Positions 39,592-49,372 are shown, counted from the stretch's first letter. The stretch is 64,000 bases of DNA from Phycisphaeraceae bacterium (GCA_963674705.1 OY771506.1:2976001-3040000), one strand, 5' to 3'. A program made the numbers and translations. The notes: a model not told the origin generated them from the letters alone.

Positions 39592-39748
39592 TCGTTAGCT
39601 CTTAGCACGGATTTGAGATTGAACATTGACGATCGAAGATTGAATATGAAGAGAAAGATACCCGGCCCTTCGCTTCGCTCAGAACCGGCGTTGGGGGGAG
39701 AGAAAGCCGTTAGCCATAGCCTTTAGCCATTAGCAATACAATTTCTAC
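39581..39748 (-). repeat. Composite repeat copy E (core 39661-39695), interrupted by IS3
   Basis: TTAGC heptamers, GAACATT-type heptamers, core, TTAGCCA heptamers, CAATACAATT. Confidence 0.85.
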
Positions 39749-41018
39749 AGAGCTGGTCCCCAAATCTTGGACAGCCGGTTAAAGTGGGCTGGTCTGCAGA
39801 TTTGAAAGGACTTACTTGATGAGCAAGCGACGACGATTTACGGCTGAATTCAAGGCGAAGGTGGCGCTGGAGGCGCTGCGTGGCGAGTTGACGGTGGCGG
39901 AGATCGCCAAGAAGTACGACGTGCATCCGAACATGATCGGCGGGTGGAAGAAGCTGCTGGCACAGGAGGCGGCCCAGCTTTTTGCCCGTGGCGGCGGCAA
40001 GGACCCGCAGGCATCCGACGAGCAGATCAAAGAGCTGCACGCGAAGATCGGCGAGCTGACCATCGAGAAGGACTTTTTAAAAAAAGGGTTGGGGCTTTGA
40101 GCCACGGCCGCCGCTGCGACATGGTCGAACCCAAGCACCCCGAGCTGAGCATCGTGCGTCAGTGTGGGCTGGTGTCGATCAGCCGATCGTCGTTTTACTT
40201 TTCAGGCAAAGGCGAGAGCCCGTTGAACCTGAAGCTGATGCGTCTGATCGACCGACAGTTCCTGTGCACGCCGTTCTACGGCAGCCGGCAGATGATGCGT
40301 TGGTTGCGTCGGCTTGGCTACAACGTCGGCCGCAAGCGTGTGCGTCGATTGATGCGCCAGATGGGTTTGACGCCGATCTACCAGGCCCCGAAGACCAGCG
40401 TCAAATGCCTTGAAAACAAGGTGTATCCGTACCTGCTGCGGAATCTGAAGATTGATCAGCCGGGTCATGTGTGGTGCGCCGACATCACATACATCCCGAT
40501 GCGACGCGGCTTTTTGTACCTCGTTGCGGTCATGGACTGGCACAGCAGGAAGGTGCTGGCCTGGCGATTGAGCAACACGATGGAAGCGTCATTCTGCGTC
40601 GAGGCGTTGGAAGAAGCGCTGAGCAAGCACGGCCCGCCGCAGATCATCAACACCGATCAGGGCAGCCAGTTCACCGGCCTGGAATGGACCGAAGCGGTGA
40701 AGAACGCGGGCGCGAAGGTATCGATGGACGGCAAAGGCCGATGGATGGACAACGTGTTCATCGAACGTCTGTGGCGGAGCCTGAAGTATGAATGCGTGTA
40801 CCTGCACGCGTGGGACAGAGGCAGCGAAGCTCGCGCCGGGATCAATGAATGGCTGCGGTTCTACAACACCGAGCGTCCGCACTCGACACTCGCTGGACGG
40901 ACGCCGGACGAAGCGTATGATGGAAAACCTATAACCGGACCGCCGCTGGCCGCGGCATAAACCCGTTGGCCCACCTTATTCAGGCCAACCGGCTGTCCAA
41001 GATTTGGGGACCAGCTCT
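39749..41018 (+). mobile_element. IS3 family insertion sequence (1270 bp)
   Basis: Perfect 32-bp terminal IRs (39749-39780 / 40987-41018), 4-bp CTAC target duplication (39745-39748 / 41019-41022), orfA HTH and orfB DDE. Confidence 0.95.
39819..40960 (+). CDS. IS3 transposase OrfAB via -1 programmed frameshift
   Basis: OrfA KRRRFTAEFKAKVALEAL (39819-40100); A7G slippery site at 40079-40086; OrfB WCADITY, TDQGSQF, DNVFIERLWRSLKYE. Confidence 0.93.
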
Positions 41019-41020
41019 CT

Positions 41021-41082
41021 ACACCCAACACCCAACACCCAACACCCAACACCCAACACCCAACACCCAACACCCAACACCC
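41021..41082. repeat. Heptamer tandem array (ACACCCA)x~9, distal end of repeat copy E
   Basis: Direct reading. Confidence 0.9.
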
Positions 41083-41088
41083 GAACCC

Positions 41089-41688
41089 ATGCCCAAACGT
41101 TCTTCCAACTCTGCGATACCCGTTGATACTTACCTGCGTGGTCGAGGTAAACGGCGTTGGGTTTACATGGTGTTTACTTTGGTGATCGCGCTGCTGCTGG
41201 TGATCGCGGATCGGTCGGGATTGTTGTTGGAGACTTCGAACGATGAGGCGAAGTACAACGGGCAGTGGGTGACGGTAGTGCGGGTCGTGGATGGGGATAC
41301 GTTGGATATTGATATGCCGGACGGCAAAGAGTCGACGACGCGGATTCGGTTGTGGGGGATCGACACGCCGGAGATGGCCCACAGTGACCCACCTCGCCCG
41401 GCTGAGCCTTTTGCGGAGGCGGCAACACAACGGGCCCGGGAGCTCGTGGAAGGGCGAAAAGTACACCTGACGCTTGAGCCCAGTCGGACCCGCGGCAACT
41501 TCGGGCGATTGCTGGCGTTCGTCGAGTTACCGGACGGCGTGATGTTGAATGAAACATTGATTATAGAAGGACTTGCACGCGCCGATGACCGATGGAATCA
41601 TAGACATCTCGAAGACTTCAACCTGCTCGAACGCGAAGCCAAAAAAGCGGGCAACGGTCTTTGGGGCGAGTCCGCCGATAAGCAGTAA
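41089..41688 (+). CDS. Thermonuclease (SNase) family protein, membrane anchored
   Basis: VVRVVDGDTL, IRLWGIDTPE, GRLLAFV, LIIEGLA, GLW. Confidence 0.9.
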   Translation: MPKRSSNSAIPVDTYLRGRGKRRWVYMVFTLVIALLLVIADRSGLLLETSNDEAKYNGQWVTVVRVVDGDTLDIDMPDGKESTTRIRLWGIDTPEMAHSDPPRPAEPFAEAATQRARELVEGRKVHLTLEPSRTRGNFGRLLAFVELPDGVMLNETLIIEGLARADDRWNHRHLEDFNLLEREAKKAGNGLWGESADKQ

Positions 41689-41751
41689 GCAGGTCCATGC
41701 AACCACGGCTTACAGATGTTGTATAATCAGGTGATTAATTGACAACCACTT

Positions 41752-42000
41752 ATGGAGGATTATGTCTTGTTCTCAAGGAGGACGGACAAATCACTGAGAG
41801 ACTTGCGATTCGATCGGGATCAGATGATCGCCGAGACGAATGCGTTTTTGAATTGGGCGCTTGCCGAAGGGCATGGCCTGCCGCGTATCCCGCGCCGACG
41901 TGTGGATGAAGGTGGCTTCACGGAGTTGATGCGTCGGCCGTTGGCACGCGTGATAACGACACACTGGTGGCGACGGGCCTTGGAGCGTGTAAACCTCTAG
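41752..42000 (+). CDS. Small hypothetical protein
   Basis: 82-aa ORF with upstream TATAAT and plausible composition. Confidence 0.6.
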   Translation: MEDYVLFSRRTDKSLRDLRFDRDQMIAETNAFLNWALAEGHGLPRIPRRRVDEGGFTELMRRPLARVITTHWWRRALERVNL

Positions 42001-42055
42001 CGGACGTATCCGTTTAACAGATCAGGACAAGACCAAGGAACCGGGTTAAACATTC

Positions 42056-42685
42056 ATGGCGGTAAGAGCAAACATCAGCAAGGGGTACATCTGGCGTCCC
42101 GGATTAATCGGACTGGCGGCGCTGATCTTCAGCGGTTGGTTCCTCTATGACGGGATGGTGAAGTACCCGTTGCAGAAGGAGCAGTTTGAAGCGCACCAAA
42201 AGGTCTACCAGGAGCACCCCGACCCGACCGAGGCCGGCCGCATCTGGGAAGAACTGGCACGCGAAAAAGGCTGGCCGACCACCAATCCCACGCAGAAGAC
42301 CGACAAAGACATCTTCACGCAGAAACTGCTTGCGGGCATCTGCGCGCCGATCGGGCTGGGCTTCCTGTTCGTGTTCCTGACCTCGCTGGGCAAGTGGGTG
42401 GAAGCCGACGAGCAAGGCCTAAAAGCCAAGGGCGGCAAGGAAACGGATTACGAATCGATCACCTCGATCGACAAATCCCGCTGGCAGAGCAAGGGCATCG
42501 CGGTCGTCTATTATCAATCCAACGGCAAGTCGGACCAGATCACGCTTGACGACTGGAAGTTCGAACGCGAACCGACCAAACGTATCATGCAGGCGATCGA
42601 AGAACGCACGGGCTTCGGGATGGACGACGCGCCGGCCGATACGGATGATGAAGAAGATGACGGCGAAACACCGCGCGATGTGTGA
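42056..42685 (+). CDS. Hypothetical two-TM membrane protein
   Basis: 209 aa, two TM helices, PH-like beta-rich C-terminus and acidic tail. Confidence 0.75.
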   Translation: MAVRANISKGYIWRPGLIGLAALIFSGWFLYDGMVKYPLQKEQFEAHQKVYQEHPDPTEAGRIWEELAREKGWPTTNPTQKTDKDIFTQKLLAGICAPIGLGFLFVFLTSLGKWVEADEQGLKAKGGKETDYESITSIDKSRWQSKGIAVVYYQSNGKSDQITLDDWKFEREPTKRIMQAIEERTGFGMDDAPADTDDEEDDGETPRDV

Positions 42686-42888
42686 CGCCGGAATAAGGGG
42701 ATCAACAGATTTAATTTGTGGTTTTGTTTGGGGGCGGTTGTTGCGCGCGGGTGTTGTGGATGTTGGTGTATAGCCACGACTAGTGGTCGCGCTTTGTCTG
42801 GGGTGAGGGAGCAGGAGTGCTAAGCCGCAAGCGGCTTGGGGGAAGTCAGATCATCCAGAGCGCGACCGATGGTCGGGGCTTTACAGGG

Positions 42889-43806
42889 TCAGTCTCGGAC
42901 GCCGGAGGTTTTTTGGAAGCTTGGGGCGGATTGGGTGCCGGCGACGGAGGATTGTCGGCCGGGGATGGTTTTGGGTTGGTAGGGTTTGCTTTCGGGCATG
43001 CCTATCTGGCGGTGGACGTACATGGGGGCGTTGACGATAAGCCTGCCGTCGTAGTATCGGGCGGAGGCATAGAGGCCGCCGTTTTCCTGCCAGATATCAG
43101 GCTCGATTGTTTCGCGGATGAGTCTTGCGAGGTTTTCGCCGCGCTCGTTCTTGGTCAGTTCTTTATCTTCGCTGTTGTTTTCGTTGTCGTTGCCGAAGAT
43201 GCCGGTGGACGAACCGCCGCCTCCACCGCCTCCTCCGCCACCGCTGGAACCTGATGAGTTGAGTGCTTCACCGAGGTCCATGCGCGGCGCGTTGGTGAAG
43301 TTGGGGACCTGCATCACCATGTCGGCCACATCGTAGACACGCACGACGGTGTTACGGTTGGCCTGACGTTTGGTCATGACCTGCAAGTACCAGGGCGTGG
43401 ATTCGAAGATGAGTGTTTCGTTCGGTGAGGCCTGCTGCATGAGGATCATGAGCAGGTTTTTTGCGGGGATGGATTTGAGGCTGATCGTGATAAGCTGATC
43501 GGGATTGATGCCGTCCAGTTCCATGCCGTTCCAGTCGATGGCCAGTGGGATATTGGTGTTGCTAGACCACCACTCGAAAACATCGCGAGCAGGCATCGCA
43601 TCGAAAGTCACTTCGTCGAAGATCTTCCGCAGCTTCAGCGGGATCTGCTGGGACTCGGGCTCCTGCGTGGCAGGCTGCTGCTGCGATGCGGGCTGCTGGC
43701 GCTGTTCACGGACGATCTGGATGCGCTCCTGCAGGCTCTGGGCTTGTAGGTCAGAGACGAGGATCGAGGCAGCCAGGCACGCTAGAACGATCGGCAGGCG
43801 CTGCAT
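42889..43806 (-). CDS. Secreted protein with STN/secretin-N-like domains
   Basis: Signal peptide, VTFDAMP..DVFEW, RVYDVADMV, Gly-rich loop, LIRETIEPDIW...LIVNAP. Confidence 0.7.
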   Translation of the reverse strand: MQRLPIVLACLAASILVSDLQAQSLQERIQIVREQRQQPASQQQPATQEPESQQIPLKLRKIFDEVTFDAMPARDVFEWWSSNTNIPLAIDWNGMELDGINPDQLITISLKSIPAKNLLMILMQQASPNETLIFESTPWYLQVMTKRQANRNTVVRVYDVADMVMQVPNFTNAPRMDLGEALNSSGSSGGGGGGGGGGSSTGIFGNDNENNSEDKELTKNERGENLARLIRETIEPDIWQENGGLYASARYYDGRLIVNAPMYVHRQIGMPESKPYQPKTIPGRQSSVAGTQSAPSFQKTSGVRD

Positions 43807-43909
43807 GATGTGTTCCTTTCGGAATGGGATGGCGAGTTTCCCCGGGTGGTTGTTGGTTTATTGTATGGGGTTGGGGGTGGGGGTGGCAAGGAAATTTTTG
43901 GGCGGAACC

Positions 43910-44087
43910 ATTGGCTGTTAGCTCGGATTTTGATTGGACATTGAAGATTGAACACGAAGAAGCCCGGCCCTTCGCTTCGCTCAGAACCGGCGTTGGGGGG
44001 GAGGAAGCCGTTAGCCATTAGCCATTAGCAATACAATTCCCACACCCCACACCCCACACCCCACACCCCACACCCCACACCCTACAC
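43910..44087 (-). repeat. Composite repeat copy F (core 43963-43997) ending in (CCACACC)x6
   Basis: Direct reading; intact counterpart of copy E. Confidence 0.88.
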
Positions 44088-45482
44088 CTAAGCCCCATCC
44101 GCATTCTCCCCGGCGGCTAGTTTGTGGAGTCTGGGGAGTATGACTTCTTTTGAGAGGATTTTGATGCAGGCGGCGGTGGGGATGGCGATGAGCATACCGA
44201 GCAGGCCGGCGAGGGCTCCGCCGATCATGACGGCGACGAGGACGGAGACGGGGTCGAGGTCGGTGGCTTTGCCTTGGACGATGGGCTCGACGACCCAGCC
44301 GTCAAGCGACTGAGCGAGGACGTAGACGAAGGTTGGCCAGATGAGGACCCAGATGCTGAAGGTGCCGCCTGCGAAGGAGTCGATGACAGCGAGCAGCAAA
44401 GCGACGACGAAACCGATCACGGCGGCGAAGGGGATGAGGTTCAGTGCGCCGGAGAGGATGCCTAATAGCAGCCAGGACGGGACGCCGGCGAGCCACCAGC
44501 CGACACTGAGGACGAACGCCATGACGGCCGCCTGGATGAGTCTGCCACGGATGAACGCGGCGATGGATTTATCCATCTGAACCATGACGCCGAGTACTTC
44601 ACTGCGGTATTTGGCGGGGATCAGCGGTATGAACCAGGCGATAATTTTGTCGAGCTTCCAACTGAAGAAGAAGAAGCAGAAGGCGATGATGACCGCGGAC
44701 AGGGCGATGTAGCTGGTGAGGCTGATAGCGGAGCCGACGACGCCGACGCCTACGTCGAGTGAAGACAAGACAACGGATGTGGTCTTGCCCCAGTCGAGTG
44801 TAGCGAACCAGTCTGCGGCCTGGGCGAGCAGTTCAGCGGCGCGCTCGGGGCCGAGCGCTTCGTCGATCATAATTCGAAGGTCGTCGATCAGACCTTCCTC
44901 GGTTTTGGTGGTAGCGACTTCGGGTTCATCTGAGTCGATTGCGTTGGCGTCTGCAACTTGGTTGTCGGTGGAAGTTTCTTGATCGGTGGTTGTGTCGGCG
45001 GCCTTGTCGGTTGCGTCTGTGTCGGCTTGAACTGTTTCAGACGAGTTGTCTTTGTTGGATTCGGTGCCCGGAGATTGTGGGAGTGTTGCGTTTTGTCGGG
45101 CGCTTTGTTCCTGGACGATCCGGCTGATTTTCTCGGGATATTGTTTAGCCTGATCGATGAGGCCGATGCCTTGGCTTATCAGTGGCGGCAGGATCAAAAG
45201 TGAAAGGATCAGGACGATCCAGCAGGCGGCGATGAAGACGACGCCGGTGCCGGCCCAGCGTGGCAGCTTCAGGCGGCGGTGCATCCAGGTGACGATCGGG
45301 TTGAAGATGTAGGCCAGGCCCAGGGCGATGACCAGCGGCAGCAGCACGGAACGGATGGCGTAGATCAGGCCCAGCAGCCAGGGGACGGCCAGCGAGGCGA
45401 CGGTGAGCAGGACCAGCGATCCAAGCAGTATCTGGAACCAACGCTCCATCCAGAGAGGTTTTTCCCGGTGTTGTTCGGCCAT
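44088..45482 (-). CDS. AI-2E family transporter
   Basis: LAYIFNPIV, FIRGRL, LNLIPF, VEPIVQG...P...GG.LAG.LGMLIAIP; acidic loop insertion. Confidence 0.9.
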   Translation of the reverse strand: MAEQHREKPLWMERWFQILLGSLVLLTVASLAVPWLLGLIYAIRSVLLPLVIALGLAYIFNPIVTWMHRRLKLPRWAGTGVVFIAACWIVLILSLLILPPLISQGIGLIDQAKQYPEKISRIVQEQSARQNATLPQSPGTESNKDNSSETVQADTDATDKAADTTTDQETSTDNQVADANAIDSDEPEVATTKTEEGLIDDLRIMIDEALGPERAAELLAQAADWFATLDWGKTTSVVLSSLDVGVGVVGSAISLTSYIALSAVIIAFCFFFFSWKLDKIIAWFIPLIPAKYRSEVLGVMVQMDKSIAAFIRGRLIQAAVMAFVLSVGWWLAGVPSWLLLGILSGALNLIPFAAVIGFVVALLLAVIDSFAGGTFSIWVLIWPTFVYVLAQSLDGWVVEPIVQGKATDLDPVSVLVAVMIGGALAGLLGMLIAIPTAACIKILSKEVILPRLHKLAAGENADGA

Positions 45483-45599
45483 CCTTGACCCTTTCGTGTG
45501 TATGCACGATATCCCGGCCGGCGCGCAAAGCGAGCGGCTATTGGTTTGTCGGTCGGTTGGGGGGTGGGGAGTGAGAAAACGCAGGAAAGCAGGAAATCA

Positions 45600-45729
45600 G
45601 AAAAGCCATTGGCAGTTAGCTAGTCGTATGGGCATTTTCAGATTGAATATCGAAGATTGAACATAAAGATGACGATACCCGGCCCTTCGCTTCGCTCAGA
45701 ACCGGCGTTGGGGGGGAAGAAAGCCATTA
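45600..45729 (-). repeat. Composite repeat copy G (core 45678-45712)
   Basis: Direct reading; its TTAGCC heptamer tail is the IS630 target. Confidence 0.85.
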
Positions 45730-46770
45730 GAGCATCTTCCACGCCACTGTAGCGCCCTTGTACACAAGTGATTATGCTGTGCCTTCAAGCAAGGAGGCTT
45801 TGATGAAGGCATATTCAATGGATCTGCGGAAGCGGGTGTTGGCGGCGTGTGATGCCGGGCACGGCACGCGTGAGGTGGCCAAGCGGTTCTCGGTCAGCGC
45901 CTCGTGGGTGCGTCGGCTCAAGCAACGGCGTCGTGAAGGCGAGGGGATCGCGCCGCGGCCTCAGGGCGGCGACTACGTCAGCCGGTTCGCCGGCAAAGAC
46001 CTGCAGCGTGTACATGCGATGCTCAAGCAGAAGCCGGACACGACGCTGGATGCGTTGCGTGTGCGTTGTGAGCGTGAGCTGGGCATCCGTTGCGGGCTGG
46101 GCACGATGTGGCGGACGGTGCGTTGGAAGCTGGGGTGGACGTTTAAAAAAAGTCATTACGGCCCAGCGAGCAGGACCGCGCGGATGTGAAGCAGCAGCGT
46201 GTGAACTTCCGCATCGCCACACGGTTCATCGAGCCTAAGCAGCTTGTTTTCCTGGATGAATCGGGCGCGAGGACGAACATGACCCGCCTGCGGGGCTGGG
46301 CCGGACGCGGTTGCCGGCTGGACGCCGCGGCGCCGCACAGCCACTGGCGTACGACGACGATGCTCAGCGCGATCGGTTGTGAGGGTGTGATCCAACGGGC
46401 GACGCTGGCCTTCGACGGCGCGACGGATGCGGCGCTGTTCCGCGGCTACGTCGAGCGTTGCCTGGCCCCGGCACTAAAGCAAGGCCAGATCGTCGTGATG
46501 GATAACCTGGCGTCGCATAAGGTGCGCGGGGTGCGTGAAGCGATCGAAGCGGCGGGCTGTGACCTGTGGTACTTACCGCCGTACTCACCGGACTTCAACC
46601 CGATCGAGAAGATGTGGAGCAAGGTCAAAGCCCTGCTGCGTGCCGCCGCCGCGCGGACCAGCGACAAACTGATTGAGGCGATCGGTCGGGCGTTGCGTGC
46701 GGTATCACTGGACGAGTGCCGCAACTACTTCCGCAGCTGCGGGTATGCTACATGAGATTGGAAGACGCTC
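45730..46770 (+). mobile_element. IS630 family insertion sequence (1041 bp)
   Basis: Terminal IRs GAGCATCTTCCA / TGGAAGACGCTC, duplicated TA (45728-45729 / 46771-46772), split transposase. Confidence 0.93.
45803..46755 (+). CDS. IS630 transposase (HTH + DDE joined by -1 frameshift)
   Basis: MKAYSMDLRKRV; A7G at 46145-46152; VFLDESG, VMDNLASH, LPPYSPDFNPIE; AGGAGG RBS. Confidence 0.92.
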
Positions 46771-46927
46771 TAGCCTTTAGCCATTAGCAATTAGCACAGA
46801 TTTGAGATTGGACATCGAACATTGAATATGAAGATACCCGGACCTTCGCTGCGCTCAGGACCGGCGTTGGGATAGATACATTTGCAATTAACGATTAACA
46901 ATTAGCGATTAAAATCGCTACACCCTG
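46771..46927 (-). repeat. Composite repeat copy H (core 46837-46871)
   Basis: Direct reading; tandem with copy G once IS630 is removed. Confidence 0.85.
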
Positions 46928-47338
46928 CTACGCATTTTCGCCCAGGAGCAGGTGGTTGGAGAAGGCTTCGTCGAAGCTGAAGACGTTGATGAAGTCGTCG
47001 AGGGTATCGTCGGGGGTTTTGTGCATGAGGCCGGCGTCGACCATGGCGAAGACGATGCGGCCGAAGTCCTCGCTGCGTGTGATGCGCCAGCGTGCCAGGA
47101 CGCTGCGAGCGAGCAGGCCGTATTCTTTTTTGGCAAAGTCGCGCAGGCCGAAGCAGAGCTGTTGGCCGCTGACGTGTCGCGTGGCGTGATGGGGTTCATC
47201 GAGGTCGGCGGTGACGCGAGCGGGCTCTTCGCCGTGGATGCGTTTGACGGTGAAGTCCAACCCGCGCTGCACGAACAGGAACGCGTCGACGGTGTAGCCG
47301 GCGTTACGCGCGATCTCTTTGATGCTCAGGGTAGACAC
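46928..47338 (-). CDS. Minf_1886 / TIGR04138-type Planctomycetes-Verrucomicrobia conserved protein
   Basis: Y..DAFLFV..GL, RHVSGQQLC.G, GLLA..VL..W.I...EDFGRIVF.MV, D..DDF. Confidence 0.82.
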   Translation of the reverse strand: MSTLSIKEIARNAGYTVDAFLFVQRGLDFTVKRIHGEEPARVTADLDEPHHATRHVSGQQLCFGLRDFAKKEYGLLARSVLARWRITRSEDFGRIVFAMVDAGLMHKTPDDTLDDFINVFSFDEAFSNHLLLGENA

Positions 47339-47603
47339 GGCAATTCACTCACATTTCTCTCATCCGGGGGGCACGTCCGGGTGGGGCATCCGGGGCAACA
47401 AGCCTGTGACGGATCCATTATAAGCTTATGCTCGCTACTTCGGTAAGGCCAGCCCGATTTAAGCAGTAAAGTTGCAGAAAAAACCACCTGGATTGCCTAA
47501 TTATTGAGAGTTAATTGCAGAAGTGGGACGGTCCACATGCAATGAAAAACCCGGCAAAGTCGCCGGGCCAATCGGTTCGGTGGTATTGCGCCTGCCGGTT
47601 ATT

Positions 47604-48299
47604 CTAGAAGCCGCCCATCCGCATCTGGTCGAGAGATGGGGGGAAGGGGTAGCGGGCGTAGACGCCGGTGGGCGCCGATTCCCACATCCAGGGGGCGGGG
47701 TAGACGTCGCCGGCGAAGCCTGCTTCGTGCATGGTCCGCAGGACGGTCTCGAAGCTGGGCTCCTTACCGTGCTCATCGACCAAAGCATTGGCTTGGGCGC
47801 CGAGGAAGCTGACGGAGGCGGCGGGGTTTCGCAGGTTAGGCTTGCGGCGGATCATCTCGGTGGCGACGGACATGCCGTGGGCCAGGTCCTTGAGGGTCAG
47901 GTGGTTTTGCTTGGTCGGGCGGAGCAGGCCGAGGACCTCGACGGTGTCCATATCGAACTTGATGACGGTGACGGTTTCGCGGTTGGCGAACATCTTGGTA
48001 TGGCTGGTGATGGTCTCGGGTGACCACTGGCTGGTCTTCACGAGGGACGCCAATTCGCTGATGATGCCGTGGCTGTTGTCGTCGGCGTTGACGGCACAGA
48101 CGAGTGAACGGTATCGGCCGGCGACGACGTCGTCGAGCATGTGCTGGCCCCACATGACGCGGATATGCGGCGAGGAGTCGACCTGCTTGCTGGGCGAGCC
48201 GTCGGGCAGGACGATCAGGCGGTCCTGTATCTGGTGGTCGATCATGAGTTGATCGCCTTCGCCGTCATAGATGCGTGAGGTGTGTGTGCGGGTGTGCAT
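47604..48299 (-). CDS. Conserved hypothetical protein (possible divergent macro-like fold)
   Basis: GGAGG RBS and strong codon bias; LVCAVN..GI and SVSFLGA segments. Confidence 0.7.
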   Translation of the reverse strand: MHTRTHTSRIYDGEGDQLMIDHQIQDRLIVLPDGSPSKQVDSSPHIRVMWGQHMLDDVVAGRYRSLVCAVNADDNSHGIISELASLVKTSQWSPETITSHTKMFANRETVTVIKFDMDTVEVLGLLRPTKQNHLTLKDLAHGMSVATEMIRRKPNLRNPAASVSFLGAQANALVDEHGKEPSFETVLRTMHEAGFAGDVYPAPWMWESAPTGVYARYPFPPSLDQMRMGGF

Positions 48300-48469
48300 G
48301 GTGTAAATCCTCCATGGGGTAGTCAATCATTCCCTAACAGGATTATACAACCTCTTTAATAGGACGTGGGTCTTGTTCACAGCGGGGGTGGCGATTAGGA
48401 TGCGTCGACCTGTATGGACCGGCAGAAGCCGGGGCGGATGATTAGATGATAAGAGCGAACAGCCTGCCG

Positions 48470-49339
48470 ATGATCGACCCGGCCGTGTTACACCAGCGGC
48501 GGGAACGCGTGTTTCTGGTGATGGCGGGGCTGTTTCTTGGCACGCTGGCGATGCTGAACATCCTGGGGATCAGCCGATTTATCGTGCTGGCGAGTTGGGG
48601 GGAGGTGGACGGGCAGACGGTGTTTCAATGGGGGACGCCGAACTTCCATCCCGATGCGTGGATATTCGCGGTGGCGGTAGGGGTGTTGCCATACCCGATG
48701 ACCTTTTTATGCACGGACCTGATCAGTGAGTTCTACGGGCGCAAGCGTGCGAACTTCGTGGTGCTGGTCGGGCTGCTGTTGAATATCTGGGTGATTTTTA
48801 TTTTGTGGATCGGCGGCGCGATGCCTGGTTTTGTGCCTAATGATGGGCCGGGTGGGTTCCCGGTTCAGCCGGTTTATGATGCGGTCAAGGATGCGTACCC
48901 CGAGACGGGCTGGACGTTCTACCAGATCCGATACCTGGCGTTCGGGGCGGTGACGGCTTCGATGATCGCGTACCTGGCGGCGCAGTTCTGCGATGTCTAT
49001 GTCTTCCACTTCTGGAAACGGCTATGCAACGGCAAGCACCTGTGGCTGCGGAACAACGGCAGCACGATGGTCAGCCAGATGATCGATACGTTTGCGGTGA
49101 TCACGATCACGCATTTTTATGCACACGCGCTGCCGGTCAGCGACGACAAACCGATCTGGCCTCAGTTGTGGTTGTTCATCGCGACCGGGTATGCTTTTAA
49201 GTTCGTGGCGGCATTATTGGATACACCGATCATTTACGCGGCGGTGTATCTGTTAAAGGGATATTTGCAGATTGATCCAACGGCCGAGCACGTGGCGGAT
49301 GAGGAAGAGGTCACGATGTTCTCCAGAAGCAGTACCTGA
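48470..49339 (+). CDS. yhhQ: Queuosine precursor transporter (YhhQ/VUT family)
   Basis: YPMTFLCTDLISEFYG, ASMIAYLAAQFCDV, LWLRNNGSTMVSQMIDT. Confidence 0.92.
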   Translation: MIDPAVLHQRRERVFLVMAGLFLGTLAMLNILGISRFIVLASWGEVDGQTVFQWGTPNFHPDAWIFAVAVGVLPYPMTFLCTDLISEFYGRKRANFVVLVGLLLNIWVIFILWIGGAMPGFVPNDGPGGFPVQPVYDAVKDAYPETGWTFYQIRYLAFGAVTASMIAYLAAQFCDVYVFHFWKRLCNGKHLWLRNNGSTMVSQMIDTFAVITITHFYAHALPVSDDKPIWPQLWLFIATGYAFKFVAALLDTPIIYAAVYLLKGYLQIDPTAEHVADEEEVTMFSRSST

Positions 49340-49372
49340 TCCGGCTGCGACTCACAGGGTGGGGATTACACG

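Noticed and set aside
40966..41088. N-terminal TQHPTPN repeat extension of the thermonuclease
   Set aside because: It derives from the IS end plus the heptamer array; the real start is probably 41089.
43200..43262. Gly/Ser-rich tract as a DNA repeat
   Set aside because: Mixed codons encode a normal low-complexity loop.
33531..44018. Short ORFs beginning MANGFLPP (33531-33722, 43782-44018) and others at 26591, 26676 and 53123
   Set aside because: They are translations of the repeat element, and frames are not conserved between copies.
48330..48470. preQ1 riboswitch upstream of yhhQ
   Set aside because: No recognisable preQ1 stem-loop with A-rich tail.
49340..49372. 6S RNA upstream of the 5-FTHF cyclo-ligase gene
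   Set aside because: The spacer is only ~33 bp.
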